Part shown: positions 33,351-44,734 of the stretch, piece after piece | Numbering within the stretch: the first letter of the stretch is position 1 | How the letters are laid out: the number at the start of each line of letters is the position of its first letter | Origin: an uncultured Acidobacteriota bacterium | Lineage (GTDB): Bacteria > Acidobacteriota > Thermoanaerobaculia > Gp7-AA8 | Assembly: GCA_963793695.1 (NCBI GenBank) | Contig: CAWCBB010000008.1 | Coordinates: 6,833-70,832, forward strand | Direction: 5' to 3' | DNA length: 64,000 nt | The notes under the pieces: model-generated | What the model saw: the letters and a program-made list of their open reading frames with translations, nothing else | Told to the model about the DNA's origin: nothing | The model's database searches: none | Position numbers and translations under genes: made by a program

Positions 33351-34190
33351 TCACCGCGGAAACGCGAGCGGCATCACGAAGGTCCCCGCGTGCGTGTCGT
33401 TGCTCAGGACCACGGCGTACGCGAAGGTCCTCATCGCGACGCTGTCGACGACGAGCGAGAAATTGCCGGCGTCTTCGACGAGAGGGAAGAGAAGGTTGAG
33501 CGGGACGTGAAAGGAGGTCTCGGGCGGCACGACGACGGTCTGCATCGCGATCGGCCGCTCGTCGAGCCGCTGGAGGGCGAGTGTGAACATCGCCGGATCC
33601 TCTCCCAGATTGATCACGCCGATGTTGGTCCGCGCGCCCTCGGTCATCGGAAGGCCGCGGAGATGCTGGACGGACGGCGGAAGCTCGCCGTAGAGGACCG
33701 GAAGGATGATCGTCGGCGTGAGCTTTCCTTCCTTGAGCCCGTACGCGGTGGCGAAGACCGTGACCGAGCGCCGCGCGAGCGTCTGGACCAGGAGCGGCAC
33801 CACGCCGCTGCCGATCCCGAACGAGTCGCCGACGTTCGTGAAGAGGATCGATTCACCCGGCTCGAGGGTCCTCATCTGAAAGGCGTCGGGCATCGGAAGG
33901 GGGCTGACGACGACGGTCGCCGGCTCGCGGGAATCGTTGACGAGGGCGACGTCGCTCCGCCAGAGGACGCCCTGCATGCCGATGATCTGTCCGACCGCCG
34001 GCACGAGGGCGCGCGAGACGACGAAGTCCGGATCGGGGGCGGGCGCCTCCTGCGCGAGCGCGCGGCCGCCGGAAAGCAGCAGAGCCAGAAGAAGCGGCGC
34101 CCAAAAGGGGCCGCGGATTCCGCCTCCGCCCGCCCGTTCCCGCGCCCCCGCGATCCGCCGATTTCTGCTCACTCTCCGTGGGACGTTCAT
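33351..34190 (-). CDS. hypothetical secreted protein
   Basis: Signal peptide ...GPFWAPLLLALLLSGGRALAQEA. The ORF is clean and 279 aa long. Confidence 0.6.
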   Translation of the reverse strand: MNVPRRVSRNRRIAGARERAGGGGIRGPFWAPLLLALLLSGGRALAQEAPAPDPDFVVSRALVPAVGQIIGMQGVLWRSDVALVNDSREPATVVVSPLPMPDAFQMRTLEPGESILFTNVGDSFGIGSGVVPLLVQTLARRSVTVFATAYGLKEGKLTPTIILPVLYGELPPSVQHLRGLPMTEGARTNIGVINLGEDPAMFTLALQRLDERPIAMQTVVVPPETSFHVPLNLLFPLVEDAGNFSLVVDSVAMRTFAYAVVLSNDTHAGTFVMPLAFPR

Positions 34191-34209
34191 CGGGCGCTCG
34201 TCGTTCTCC

Positions 34210-35064
34210 TCAGACGAAGTGCGGGTCGAAGACCCGCGCCGCCACCACGCGGATCTTCTCTCCCTTCGAGAGGGCCACGCGCCTCCGGAGGGGAGCCAGC
34301 GGCTCCTTCCGGATCTTGGCCAGCACGCGCGCGTAGACGGAGCCCATGAGGAGCGTCGGGAACCGCGCGTCGAACCTCAGCTCCCCGAGCAGCGGTTCCG
34401 CGCGGCGGAAGTACTCCTCGGCGCGCCCGATCTGGAACAGGATCAGCCGCTCGAGCTCGGCCGTCGGTCTTCGCGCGATCAGATCCTCCTCGCGGACGCC
34501 GAACCGCTCGAGCTCCTCCGCCGGCAGGTAGATGCGGTCGCGCTCGAGGTCGTCGCCCACGTCGCGCGTGATGTTCGTCAGCTGCAGCGCCGTCGCGAGC
34601 GCGCGGCCGTGGTCGATCGCCCTTTCTCCTTCGTATCCGAAGATCGAGAGCGAGATGTCGGAGATCGACGTCGCGACGAGATGACAGTAGTAGAGCAGAT
34701 CTTCGAAGGTCGCGTAACGGCGCTTGACCGTGTCCTGCCGGCACCCTTCGATGAGATCGAGAAACGCGCTCTTGGGGATCGCGAAGTGCCCCAGCGAATC
34801 GGCGAGCGCGATCGTGATCGCGTGGCGCGGAGAGCCCGTGTAGCAGCGGTCGAGCTCCCGTTCCCATTCGTCGAGCCGCTCGGCCACGTTCGTCCCCGGA
34901 TCGTCCGCGATGTCGTCCGCCCACCGGCAGTACGCGTACGCCGCATGGACCGCCCGCCGCTTCTCCCGCGGCAGGAATCGGAAGCCGACCGAGAAGTTCG
35001 CCCCATGCCGGTGCGTGATCGTGCGGCAGAAGGCGTAGGCCTCGGGGACGGTCGGAAGGGCCAT
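34210..35064 (-). CDS. squalene/phytoene synthase family protein (HpnC/HpnD/CrtB-like)
   Basis: YAFCRTITHRHGANFSVGFRFLPREKRRAVHAAYAYCRWADDIADD...YCHLVA...ITRDVGDDLERDRIYLP. These are the isoprenoid-synthase Asp-rich motifs. Confidence 0.8.
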   Translation of the reverse strand: MALPTVPEAYAFCRTITHRHGANFSVGFRFLPREKRRAVHAAYAYCRWADDIADDPGTNVAERLDEWERELDRCYTGSPRHAITIALADSLGHFAIPKSAFLDLIEGCRQDTVKRRYATFEDLLYYCHLVATSISDISLSIFGYEGERAIDHGRALATALQLTNITRDVGDDLERDRIYLPAEELERFGVREEDLIARRPTAELERLILFQIGRAEEYFRRAEPLLGELRFDARFPTLLMGSVYARVLAKIRKEPLAPLRRRVALSKGEKIRVVAARVFDPHFV

Positions 35065-35099
35065 CGAGTTCAGTCTAACGGAACGCCGCCTGCGGCGGC

Positions 35100-35215
35100 G
35101 AAATGCAAAATGCAGAATGCAAAATGTAAAGTCCCCAAAGGCGGTCGCCGGGCGGTCTCCTTTTTGGATTTTTCATTTTGTATTTTGCCCGGGTCCGAGA
35201 TCCGAGGTCCGAGGT
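35100..35215. repeat. heptamer array family A inverted pair (AAATGCAAAATGCAGAATGCAAAATG ... CATTTTGTATTTTGC), followed by (TCCGAGR)x3
   Basis: The arms are at 35100-35135 and 35157-35188, and tccgagatccgaggtccgaggt is at 35191-35215. It is intercistronic, 35 bp upstream of the squalene-synthase-like start and just after the oxidoreductase stop. Confidence 0.8.
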
Positions 35216-35230
35216 GCATTTTTCTTCTGA

Positions 35231-36409
35231 TCACGAGGCCGGCCCGAGCGGCGGAACCTTCATGTGCGTGTCCCGCGCCCGGCACCAGTGCGCGCCCGGC
35301 TTGTGCTGGCACGAGCCCCTCTGTCGCCAGAGCGCGCGCACCACGGGCGCCGCGAGCCGCTTCCACCAGCGGTCCTGGTGCCACGCGGAGAGATACGCGT
35401 TGAAGTCCTTCGCCTTCGCCGCCTGCCGCACGAAGGACGAGAGGCCGAAGTTTCCGCCTCGCTCGTAGAGAAAGCGGTTGACGAGGCTCGTCCGCTGCTT
35501 CGCGCCGAGCTCGGCTTCCCACAGCTCGTCGAACGAGCGCTCCTCGAGGATCGATCGCGCGGCGAGCCACCCGCTCTTGAGCGCGTAGCGGATGCCGAGG
35601 CCGAAGAGGTAGTCCTGAAAGCCGGCCGCCTCGCCGGCGTAGCGGGCGTTGCCCGAGACCGCCGTGCTCTTGAGGTGGAAGTTCATGTACGAATAGCCGG
35701 TCTTCCGGTCGCGCCCCAGCTCGACGGCGCGGATGCTCTGCGCGCGCGCGAGCGAAGCGTCGAAGTACTCGTCGATCCGCTTGAAGTCGGACACGATCGC
35801 GCAGCCGAACGTCCCGACCCCGTCGAGGATGAAGAGGTACGAGTAGCCGCCGGGGGAGAGGCGGTGATCGAAGTAGACCTCGACGCGCTCCTGCTCGTCG
35901 GACGAGAAGGTGATCTCCTTGGCCAGGCCGTCGGGACTCGCCGGGCCGGTGGCGACGATGTCGGCCTCTTCGGGCTCGAGCCGGCTTCCGAACCGGACGT
36001 CGACGCCGAGGGCCCGGGCCTGCGCGAGAAGGCCGCGGTCGAGCGAGCCGTCGAAGGGGCCGCGGCGGATGAAGAAGCCGTACGGGGTCGCCGCCTTCAC
36101 CTCGTGCGGCGTAGGGGCGGCCTGCGGCCGCCCGGAACCTGGGTCGAGCGACGGCGCGTAGAAGCGCGCTTCGGTCACGGGGCGGAAGTAGAAGTTCCGC
36201 TCGATCCCGATCCGGTCGAGGAAGGCGCGGACGTCCTCCGCCTCCGACGAGTTCTCCAGGATCTGGAGGTCGCCGATGAAGCGCGCGCCGACGTCGCTCT
36301 TCGCCTCGTGGACCTCGACGCGCCGTCCGCCGCGCGCGAGCGTGATCGCCGCGGCCAGTCCCGCCGGCCCGGCGCCGGCGATGCGGATCGGATCGAGGGA
36401 GCTTGTCAT
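35231..36409 (-). CDS. FAD-dependent oxidoreductase (geranylgeranyl-reductase-like family)
   Basis: MTSSLDPIRIAGAGPAGLAAAITLARGGRRVEVHE (a Rossmann GxGxxG fold), clean. Confidence 0.75.
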   Translation of the reverse strand: MTSSLDPIRIAGAGPAGLAAAITLARGGRRVEVHEAKSDVGARFIGDLQILENSSEAEDVRAFLDRIGIERNFYFRPVTEARFYAPSLDPGSGRPQAAPTPHEVKAATPYGFFIRRGPFDGSLDRGLLAQARALGVDVRFGSRLEPEEADIVATGPASPDGLAKEITFSSDEQERVEVYFDHRLSPGGYSYLFILDGVGTFGCAIVSDFKRIDEYFDASLARAQSIRAVELGRDRKTGYSYMNFHLKSTAVSGNARYAGEAAGFQDYLFGLGIRYALKSGWLAARSILEERSFDELWEAELGAKQRTSLVNRFLYERGGNFGLSSFVRQAAKAKDFNAYLSAWHQDRWWKRLAAPVVRALWRQRGSCQHKPGAHWCRARDTHMKVPPLGPAS

Positions 36410-36538
36410 CGAGCGTGAGCCACGATACCGCGAACGGGGAGGTCCCGCGCGCGGTCCGCGCATGGTCTACACTTTCCTCGCCGCCGGCGCGCAACCCCAC
36501 GCCTCCGGCTCGAATTCCGCAGAGCGAGACGCGCGCGC

Positions 36539-38191
36539 ATGGATTCTCCGAACAAGAACGCCGCTTCGCCCCGCACGGGCGGCCACGCGCTGTTCGTCGC
36601 CGCCGGGATCTTCCTGAGCCGCATCGCCGGCCTCCTCCGCCAGGGCGTCCTCTCGTACTTTCTCGGCACCACCGGAGCGATGAGCGCCTTCACGGCGGCC
36701 ATGCGCATTCCGAACTTCCTCCAGAACCTGCTGGGCGAAGGGGTCCTCTCGGCGTCGATGATCCCGGTCTACTCGCGCCTGCTCGCGGAGAAGGACGAGG
36801 AGACGGCGGGGAAGGTCGCGGGGACCGTCGCATCGCTGCTCGCCCTGATCACCGCCGTGGTCGTCGTCGCAGGCGTCCTCGCCGCGCCGCTCCTGGTGCG
36901 TCTGCTTGCGCCGGGGTTCGACGCTGAGACGAGCGCGCTCACCACGACCATCGTCCGGATTCTCTTCCCGGGGATCGGCCTGCTCGTCCTCTCCGCCTGG
37001 TGCCTCGCGGTGCTCAACAGCCACCGCCTCTTCTTCGTCCCGTATGTGGCGCCCGTGCTCTGGAACGCCGCGATCATCGCCGCGCTCCTGATCTTCGGGT
37101 GGCGGGAGAGCGCGGGGCGGGTGGCGGTGATCGCCGGTTGGGGCGTGGTCGCCGGTTCGGTCCTCCAACTCGGCATTCAGATCCCGTTCGTGCGGCGCGT
37201 CGCGCCGCGAATGAAGGGGTCGCTTTCGATCGCACTCGCGCCGGTGCGGCAGGTGTTCCGTAACTTCGGCCCCGTCGTCGTCGGTCGCGGGGTCGTCCAG
37301 GTCAGCGCGTTCGTCGACGAGATCTTCGCCAGCTATCTGACGCGCGCGGCCATCGGCGCGATCGGATACGCGTACACCATCTATCTGCTGCCGTTCAGCC
37401 TCTTCGGCATGTCGGTCTCTGCCGCGGAGCTGCCGGCGATGTCGAGCGCGACCGGCTCGGCCGAGCAGATTCATGCGACGCTGCGGGAGCGTCTGCGCGC
37501 CGGGCTGCGGCAGATCGCCTTTTTCGTCGTCCCGTCGGTATTCGCCTTCTTCGCGATCGGCGACCTTCTCGTCGCAGCGCTCTATCAGCGCGGCGTCTTC
37601 TCCCGCGGGTCCACGCTCTACGTCTGGTACATCCTGATGGGCTACGCGTTGGGGCTTCTACCGGGGACACTCTCCCGGCTGTACTCGTCCGGGTTCTACG
37701 CGCTGAACGACACCAAGACGCCGCTCTACTTCGCCCTCGCGCGCGTCACGCTTTCGGCGGCGATCGGATGGCTCCTCGCGTTTCCGCTCCGGCCGTTCGT
37801 CGTCTCGTTTCTGACCGGAACCCTCGCCCTTCCGCTGCCGCGGCTCCGGGAGGCTGATGCGGCGGTGGCGCTCGGCGCGGTGGGACTCTCGGCCGCGTCG
37901 GGGGTGGTCAGCTGGATCGAGTTCGGTCTGCTCCGAGCGACGCTGCGGCGCCGGATCGGAGCGGTCCCGGCGGACTTCGGATTCCTCGCGCGGATCGCTG
38001 GGGGCGCCAGCGCCGCCGCGGCGGCGGGCGTCGCGATCGCGCGGGTCGCGATTCCCCGGCTCGCGCCGGCCCTTCACCCGATCCCCGCGGCGATCCTCGC
38101 GGCCGGGGTGTTCGGGGCGGTCTACCTCGGCCTGGCGATCGTTCTGCGCGTCCCGGAGGTTCGGGCGATCACGCGCAGGTTGAAGCGGTAG
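36539..38191 (+). CDS. murJ: lipid II flippase MurJ (MviN)
   Basis: [61 protein letters not shown]...; 14 transmembrane helices; clean. Confidence 0.85.
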   Translation: MDSPNKNAASPRTGGHALFVAAGIFLSRIAGLLRQGVLSYFLGTTGAMSAFTAAMRIPNFLQNLLGEGVLSASMIPVYSRLLAEKDEETAGKVAGTVASLLALITAVVVVAGVLAAPLLVRLLAPGFDAETSALTTTIVRILFPGIGLLVLSAWCLAVLNSHRLFFVPYVAPVLWNAAIIAALLIFGWRESAGRVAVIAGWGVVAGSVLQLGIQIPFVRRVAPRMKGSLSIALAPVRQVFRNFGPVVVGRGVVQVSAFVDEIFASYLTRAAIGAIGYAYTIYLLPFSLFGMSVSAAELPAMSSATGSAEQIHATLRERLRAGLRQIAFFVVPSVFAFFAIGDLLVAALYQRGVFSRGSTLYVWYILMGYALGLLPGTLSRLYSSGFYALNDTKTPLYFALARVTLSAAIGWLLAFPLRPFVVSFLTGTLALPLPRLREADAAVALGAVGLSAASGVVSWIEFGLLRATLRRRIGAVPADFGFLARIAGGASAAAAAGVAIARVAIPRLAPALHPIPAAILAAGVFGAVYLGLAIVLRVPEVRAITRRLKR

Positions 38192-38283
38192 CGCGGCGCA
38201 CCCCGACCGTGGCCGTGCGCACGGCACGGGCGACGTCCGCCGCGCCGGCTGGCACCTTTCTTTCTTGTTACGATGGATCTTCG

Positions 38284-39345
38284 ATGCCGAGCGCGCACAC
38301 CGCAGCAACGCAGCCCGCGATCCGGGTCCCCGCACCGCGTCCCGGCCGGGAGCCGCTGCTCGAGATCCGCGGACTCCGGACCTCGTTCTCCACCGACGAG
38401 GGGCTCGCTCACGCCGTCGACCAGGTCTCGTTCGCGATCGGCCGGGGTGAAGCGGTCGCTCTCGTGGGAGAGTCGGGCTCCGGCAAGAGCGTCACGGCCC
38501 TCTCGATCATGGGCCTTCTCCCTTCCGCGGGACGGATCACCGGCGGGGAGATCCTCTTCCGCGGCAGGGATCTCGTTCCCATGCCGGAGAAGGAGATGAT
38601 GAAGATCCGCGGCGACGACATCGCGATGATCTTCCAGGAGCCGATGACCTCGCTCAACCCCGTGTTCACGGTCGGCAACCAGGTCGCGGAAGCGATCCGG
38701 ATCCACCGGCACGTGGGAAAGAAGGAGGCGAGGCGGCAGGCCGCGGAGATGCTCGACCTGGTCGCGATCCCCGATCCCCACAAGAGGCTCGACGACTATC
38801 CGCACCAGATGTCGGGAGGGATGCGCCAGCGCGTGATGATCGCGATGGCCCTCTCGTGCAATCCCGATCTGCTGATCGCGGACGAGCCGACGACCGCGCT
38901 CGACGTCACGATCCAGGCGCAGATCATGGAGATCCTCGCCGGCCTCCAGCAGAAGCTCGGCCTCGCGATCCTCCTCATCACGCACGACCTCGGCGTGGTC
39001 GCCGAGTTCTGCGAGCGCGTCATCGTCATGTACACCGGACGCATCGTCGAAGAGTCGCCGGTGCACGCGCTCTTCGACGATCCCAGCCATCCCTACACGC
39101 GCGGCCTTCTCCGCTCGCTGCCGAAGCTGAACGAGTCGGAAGGCGAGCGCTCGCGGCTCGAGACGATCGCCGGCATCGTCCCGCCGATCACCAATCTCCC
39201 GAAGGGATGCAAGTTCAACACGAGGTGTCCCGACGTCATGGAGATCTGCTACGGGCTCGAGCCCGCGCGGATGATGGTCGGCGAGGACCACGACGCGCGC
39301 TGCTACCTCCACGGCGATCTCGCCGATCCGGAGAGGTCCGAATGA
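38284..39345 (+). CDS. oligopeptide/dipeptide ABC transporter ATP-binding protein (OppD/DppD-type)
   Basis: [26 protein letters not shown]...[10 protein letters not shown]...[12 protein letters not shown]...[11 protein letters not shown]..., plus the C-terminal oligopeptide_C domain. Confidence 0.85.
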   Translation: MPSAHTAATQPAIRVPAPRPGREPLLEIRGLRTSFSTDEGLAHAVDQVSFAIGRGEAVALVGESGSGKSVTALSIMGLLPSAGRITGGEILFRGRDLVPMPEKEMMKIRGDDIAMIFQEPMTSLNPVFTVGNQVAEAIRIHRHVGKKEARRQAAEMLDLVAIPDPHKRLDDYPHQMSGGMRQRVMIAMALSCNPDLLIADEPTTALDVTIQAQIMEILAGLQQKLGLAILLITHDLGVVAEFCERVIVMYTGRIVEESPVHALFDDPSHPYTRGLLRSLPKLNESEGERSRLETIAGIVPPITNLPKGCKFNTRCPDVMEICYGLEPARMMVGEDHDARCYLHGDLADPERSE

Positions 39346-40454
39346 GCCTGATGGCCCCCGACCAGGCTGCCCCCGCGGGAGACGCCCAGGGTCCCCCGGG
39401 GAGCGGGGGAGCCGCTTCTTCTGGTCCGCGACCTCCGGAAGTACTTTCCCGTGCAGCGCGGCCTTCTGGCGCGCACCGTGGGCCAGGTCAAGGCGGTGGA
39501 CGGCGTCACCTTCGCGATCGCGCGCGGCGAGACCCTCGGGCTGGTCGGCGAGTCGGGCTCGGGGAAGACGACCGTCGGTCGCTGCATCCTCCGTCTCATC
39601 GAGCCGACCGACGGCGAGATCTCCTTCGACGGCGCGGACGTCCGCGCGATGGGAGATCGCGAGCTCCGGCGGCTGCGGCGACACATGCAGATCGTTTTTC
39701 AGGACCCGTACGGGTCGCTCAACCCGAGGATGACCATCGGCGACATCATCGCGGAGCCGCTCGTGATCCACGGCAACGGCAACCGCGCGGAGCGCCGCGA
39801 TCGCGTCGCCGAGCTCCTCCGGAAGGTCGGGCTCGACCCTGACTACCGGAAGCGCTACCCGCACGAGTTCTCGGGAGGGCAGCGCCAGCGCATCGGCGTC
39901 GCCCGGGCGATCGCGACCAGCCCCCGAAGTTCCTCGTCCTCGACGAGCCGGTCTCCGCGCTCGACGTCTCCGTCCAGGCGCAGGTCGTCAACCTCCTGCA
40001 GGACCTCCAGGCGGAGCTCGGGCTCACGTACCTCTTCATCGCGCACGACCTGGCCGTCGTGGAGCACATCTCCACGCGCGTCGCCGTCATGTACCTCGGG
40101 AAGATCATGGAGCTGGCCGGCCGCGACGATCTCTACCGGGACGCGCTTCATCCCTACACGCAGGCCCTCCTCTCGGCCGTGCCCGTGCCCGATCCACGCG
40201 TCAGGAAGACGCGGATCATTCTTCGGGGCGACATCCCGACCCCGCTTCGCCCCCCGACCGGCTGCGTCTTCCACACCCGCTGCCCGATCGCCCGCTTCCC
40301 GATCTGCTCCGACGAAGTCCCCCCTCTGCTCGAGCATCGCCCGGCCCAGTTCGCCGCCTGCCATTTCGCGGGAGAGAAGGTGCCGGAGGTGAAGGAGCTG
40401 TCGGCCGAGGGGCGGGAGGGGCACGTCGAGGGGGCGGGCGTGCCGAAGGCATGA
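39342..40454 (+). CDS. oligopeptide/dipeptide ABC transporter ATP-binding protein (OppF/DppF-type); frameshifts near nt 39400 and 39915
   Basis: [59 protein letters not shown], and LVLDEP...[25 protein letters not shown]...HPYTQALL, in three frames. Confidence 0.8.
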
Positions 40455-40457
40455 TCA

Positions 40458-40582
40458 AAAAAATGCAAAATGCAGAATGCAAAATGAAAAATACAAAAAG
40501 GGCGTGATGCTCACGTCTCGCAGGAAAGCCCCGATTCCCTCCTCTTTTTGTGTTTGACATTTTGCATTTTGCATTCTGCATT
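40458..40582. repeat. heptamer array family A inverted pair
   Basis: aaaaaaatgcaaaatgcagaatgcaaaatgaaaaatacaaaaaggg ... cctctttttgtgtttgacattttgcattttgcattctgcatt, between oppF and the tolC-like gene. Confidence 0.85.
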
Positions 40583-40795
40583 GGGCCGCCGAAGGCGGTC
40601 GTTCGCTTTCAGCGCCCCCCTCCACCCGCTACAATGTCGCCGGCCCCGGTTCCGGCCGCGAAACTCTTCCATTCGTTCGTCGTATCCCGTAAAGGAAGTC
40701 CGCTCCCCCATCGGAGCGGCGTTTCACGGCCGCCGCGCGGGTCGAAACCGAAACCTGCCGGATGGGTACAAAGGCTCGGTCCAGGAGGAACTTGC

Positions 40796-42445
40796 ATGTT
40801 GAAATCGGTGCGTGTCGTGATGGCCCTCGGCCTGCTCGCCTCGCCGTTCGCAGCCATCGCGCAGGAGCAGCCCACGGCCGCGAAGACGCCGGCCGCGACC
40901 CGGACCACGCCGGTCCCGGAGGCGCGGGACGACGATGCGGATCCGCGCGCTCTCCGTCTGAGCCTCGCCGACGCGATCCGCGGGACGGTCGAGAACAATC
41001 TCGGCATCCGGCTCCAGCGCTACGACTATCAGATGACCGGTTGGACGGCGCGCTCGCAGTTCGGCCGCTTCGATCTGTTCAGCTTCGGGACGTTCTCCAC
41101 GGGTGACCGGCAGCCGGCCGCCGAGGGAGCGCCGAACATCGGCGACCTGACGGCGAACGTCGGCGTCCGCCAGGCCCTCTCCACGGGCGCGTCCTACCAG
41201 CTTTCGTTCAACAACAACGAAACGACGGTTCTCGAGCCGGCCTACAGCTCCGACATCCGGTTCGGCCTCAACCAGCCCCTGCTTCGCGACTTCGGCGTGG
41301 ACGTCAACCGACGCCTGGTGAACATCGCGCGGAACAACCTCGGGATCAGCGAGGGGGCGTTCGAGACGGCGCTCCTGGTCGGCGTCCTCGGGGCGGAGCA
41401 GGCGTACTACGACCTGATCTACGCGCGGCAGAACATGGCCGTCCGGCGGCAGTCGCTCGACCTGGCGCGCGACCAGGAGCGGATCACGCAGATCCGGATC
41501 GACGTGGGCGCTTCGGCGCCTCTCGACATCCTCGAGCCGCGGGTTGCGATCGCGACCCGAGAAGAAGAAGTGATCGTGGCCGAGGCCTCGATCCGCGACG
41601 CCGAGGACCGGCTGCGCCGGCTGATGAACCTTCCCGCCTCGGAGTGGGATCGCCCGATCGTCCCGACCGAGCCGATCACCTTCACCCCCGTGACCGTGGA
41701 TCTCGAAGCCTCGGTCGCGCGCGCGTTCGAGCTCCGGCCCGAGATCAAGCAGGCCGGACTCGGGGTGGAGAACGACGAGATCGAGTATCTCTACGCCCGC
41801 AACCAGGTGCTCCCCGAGCTGGACTTCAACGTCAACTACGGCGTGGCGGGCCTCGGCGGCGCGCAGATCATCCGCGATCCGCTCACGAACGAGCCGATCG
41901 GCATCATCGGCGGCGCGTTCAGCGACGCGATCAACCAGGTCTTCGGCATGGACTATCCGAACTGGTCGACGAGCTTCACGGTCGGCGTGCCGATCCGGAA
42001 CATCGGCGCGCGCTCCGAGCGGCGCCGGGCCGAGCTGAACCTCGAGCGGTCCGTCCAGGACAAGGCGGACGTCGAACAGTTCGTGGCCATCCAGGTACGC
42101 CAGGCGGCGCGTGACATCGAGACCGGATCGAGGCAGATCGCCGCCAGCAGCGCGGCGCGGGACGCGGCCGAGCAGAACCTCGAGGCCGAGCGGCGCCGCT
42201 TCGAGAACGGGATGAGCACGAACTTCGACGTCCTGCGCGTCCAGCAGGCGCTCTCCGACGCGCGCAGCCGCGAGATCCAGGCGCTCGTGAGCTACAACAA
42301 GGCCGTCGCGGCCTACCACCGCGCCGTCGGCGACCTGCTCGAGGTGCGAGGGATCGCCGTCGGCGAGCAGACGCCCGAGTTCGACATGCCGCGCAGCTCT
42401 CTCGAGAAGGTCGACTGGCTCAGGTACGGCCGCTGGGCGGACTGA
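40796..42445 (+). CDS. TolC-family outer-membrane efflux protein
   Basis: AGGAGG then ATG. Signal peptide MLKSVRVVMALGLLASPFAAIAQ. Two OEP repeats with coiled-coil character. Clean. Confidence 0.8.
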   Translation: MLKSVRVVMALGLLASPFAAIAQEQPTAAKTPAATRTTPVPEARDDDADPRALRLSLADAIRGTVENNLGIRLQRYDYQMTGWTARSQFGRFDLFSFGTFSTGDRQPAAEGAPNIGDLTANVGVRQALSTGASYQLSFNNNETTVLEPAYSSDIRFGLNQPLLRDFGVDVNRRLVNIARNNLGISEGAFETALLVGVLGAEQAYYDLIYARQNMAVRRQSLDLARDQERITQIRIDVGASAPLDILEPRVAIATREEEVIVAEASIRDAEDRLRRLMNLPASEWDRPIVPTEPITFTPVTVDLEASVARAFELRPEIKQAGLGVENDEIEYLYARNQVLPELDFNVNYGVAGLGGAQIIRDPLTNEPIGIIGGAFSDAINQVFGMDYPNWSTSFTVGVPIRNIGARSERRRAELNLERSVQDKADVEQFVAIQVRQAARDIETGSRQIAASSAARDAAEQNLEAERRRFENGMSTNFDVLRVQQALSDARSREIQALVSYNKAVAAYHRAVGDLLEVRGIAVGEQTPEFDMPRSSLEKVDWLRYGRWAD

Positions 42446-42549
42446 CGCGCGGGGGAGAGGGGCGATCGGATCACGGCGCAGACGGAAGCGAGTGTGCTAA
42501 AAGAGGCGCTGCCGTCCGTCCGTCCGATCGGCCGGAACAAGGAGATCCC

Positions 42550-43281
42550 ATGACTTCCTCCGCGGAAATCACCCCTCCGCCCACGCCCGCGCGCCGCCCC
42601 AACCCCTTCGCCAGGATCGCGGGACTCGTCAGCAACCCCTCCTCGACGATGGCGGACGTGGCCGAGCGCCCCGACTGGCTCGTCCCCTTCCTTCTGATCG
42701 TCGTCATCTCGATGGCGGCCAACTTCTTCGCCGCGCCGCACATGGATCTCGAGACGGGCCTGCGCGAGGAGCTCTCCGAGCGCGGCCTCAACGATCAGCA
42801 GATCGAGGATGCGATCGGCCGCGTGGCGACGTTCCAGAAGTTCGGCGCGCCGGTCACCGCGATCACCGTCGCCATCGTGCTCCTCGCGGTCGCGGCGCTC
42901 TACATGCTCCTCTCGCGGCTCTTCGGCGGGGAGGGGACGTTCCGGCAGTACTTCGCCGTGACGAACTACGCGTGGCTGCCGCAGCTCCTCAAGGGGGTGC
43001 TGCTCGTGCTGCTCCTCGTGCGCGCGGGATCGCTCGTGCCCGAACAGATGGGCAGCCTTCTGAAATCGAATCTCGGGTTTCTCGCGGACCCGACCGATCA
43101 GCCGATCCTCTCCGCGTTCCTGACCAGCATCGATCTGTTCAACTTCGCGGCGCTGGCCCTGATGATCTTCGGCTACGGCCGCGCCTCGAAGCTCGGGAAG
43201 CAGAAGATGGCGGTCATCGTGATCGCTTCGTATCTCGTCTGGATCGGCGTTCGGGTCGGCATCGCGGCGCTGAAGGCATGA
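42550..43281 (+). CDS. Yip1-domain membrane protein
   Basis: Five transmembrane helices, and DWLVPFLLIVVISMAANFFAAPHM. Confidence 0.65.
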   Translation: MTSSAEITPPPTPARRPNPFARIAGLVSNPSSTMADVAERPDWLVPFLLIVVISMAANFFAAPHMDLETGLREELSERGLNDQQIEDAIGRVATFQKFGAPVTAITVAIVLLAVAALYMLLSRLFGGEGTFRQYFAVTNYAWLPQLLKGVLLVLLLVRAGSLVPEQMGSLLKSNLGFLADPTDQPILSAFLTSIDLFNFAALALMIFGYGRASKLGKQKMAVIVIASYLVWIGVRVGIAALKA

Positions 43282-43300
43282 GTCGGGTGAGGACGAGACC

Positions 43301-44581
43301 TTGAAGCGCTGGATCTGGATCGGAGCCGGGGTCGCGCTCGTCGCGATCATCGTGATCGCGAGCGTCGCGAGCGGCGGCGAGAAGGGGGAGAAGGTCTACG
43401 TCGAGCCCGTCGGCCGCCGCGACATCCAGGCGGTCGTCTCCGCTCCCGGCCAGATCGACCCCAAGGTCAAGGTCAACATCAGCGCCCACGTCATCGGGAA
43501 GATCGAGAAGCTCTATTTCGAAGAGGGGCAGACGGTCCGGCGGGGCGATCGGCTCGTCGATCTCGAGAAGATCGCATTCACCGCGGCGGCGGATCAGGCA
43601 GCCTCCCTCGTCGCGAACCGCCGGATCGAGGTCCGGAGGACGCGCAACAATCTCGAGAACGCGCAGCGCGTTCTGGTCAGGGCCGAGAGCCTGAGTCGCG
43701 AAGGCGTCCTCAACCAGGAGTTGTTGGACCGCTCACGCCTCGAGCACGACACGGCCCGCACCTCGCTCGCCTCTGCCGAGGAAGGCGTCCGCCAGGCGGA
43801 AGCGGCGCTGCGCCAGGCGAGAGAGGACCTGCAGCGGACCACGATCGTCGCTCCCATCAGCGGCCGGATCGTCCAGAAGAACGCGCAGGAGGGGGAAGTC
43901 GTCATCACCGGGACCATGAACAACCCCGGATCGGTGATCGCGATCCTCGCGGACCTCTCCGAGGTGCTCGTCGAAGCCGACGTCGGGGAGACCGAGGTCG
44001 TCAAGGTGCGCGTGGGCCAGTCGGCCGAGATCCGGGTCGATGCGATCCCCGACGCCGTCTTCAAGGGGAGCGTCGTGGAGATCGGCAGCTCGGCCTCGCA
44101 GCGCGCGGGCGTGAGCACGGGCATCCGGTACTTCAAGGTGAAGATCGCGATCATCGCGCCCGACGAGCGGCTCCGGCCGGGGATGACGGCCCAGGTCGAC
44201 ATCATCACGAGCGCGCTGCGGCAGGCGCTGTCGGTCCCCGTGCAGAGCGTCGTCGAGCGGACAGCCGAGGAGCTCGTCAAGGGTAGGAAGTCGCGCGTGA
44301 GCGGCCCTTCGGACGCGCTGAAGGACAAATTCGTTTTCGTCGTCCGGGACGGCGTCGCCGAGGCGGTGAAGGTCACGACCGGCATCAGCAACGCGACGCA
44401 CGTGGCGGTCCTCTCGGGCCTCAAAGGCGGCGAGAGCATCGTCACCGGTCCCTTCCGGACGCTCCGCAACCTGAAGAAGGGTGACAAGGTCCGAATCGAC
44501 ACCGGGGAAGAGAAGGAACGCCCAAAGGATGATGCGAAGGACGGGAACGACGAGAAGGGCGAGGACGAGAAGGGCGAATAG
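43301..44581 (+). CDS. efflux periplasmic adaptor (HlyD/MacA membrane-fusion protein)
   Basis: An N-terminal transmembrane helix, a coiled-coil hairpin, TTIVAPISGRIV, and a beta-barrel/MPD domain. Clean. Confidence 0.8.
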   Translation: MKRWIWIGAGVALVAIIVIASVASGGEKGEKVYVEPVGRRDIQAVVSAPGQIDPKVKVNISAHVIGKIEKLYFEEGQTVRRGDRLVDLEKIAFTAAADQAASLVANRRIEVRRTRNNLENAQRVLVRAESLSREGVLNQELLDRSRLEHDTARTSLASAEEGVRQAEAALRQAREDLQRTTIVAPISGRIVQKNAQEGEVVITGTMNNPGSVIAILADLSEVLVEADVGETEVVKVRVGQSAEIRVDAIPDAVFKGSVVEIGSSASQRAGVSTGIRYFKVKIAIIAPDERLRPGMTAQVDIITSALRQALSVPVQSVVERTAEELVKGRKSRVSGPSDALKDKFVFVVRDGVAEAVKVTTGISNATHVAVLSGLKGGESIVTGPFRTLRNLKKGDKVRIDTGEEKERPKDDAKDGNDEKGEDEKGE

Positions 44582-44590
44582 AGGCGTTTC

Positions 44591-44717
44591 CCGTTCTCCG
44601 TTCTCCGTTCTCCGGAAACCAAGGGCCTCTGGCGTGCGTACAGGAGAATGGACGAAAAGCCGGGCCCGGGCCCGGGCGCGGGTGGGGGCGGAGAACGAAG
44701 AACGGAGAACGAAGGAC
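44591..44717. repeat. heptamer array family C inverted pair (GTTCTCC)x3 ... (GGGCCC)n spacer ... (GAGAACG)x4
   Basis: ccgttctccgttctccgttctccgg, a spacer with gggcccgggcccgggcgcgggtggggg, then gcggagaacgaagaacggagaacgaaggac. It lies between the macA-like and macB-ATPase genes. Confidence 0.8.
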
Positions 44718-44734
44718 GCCTCTCCAGGAATGAC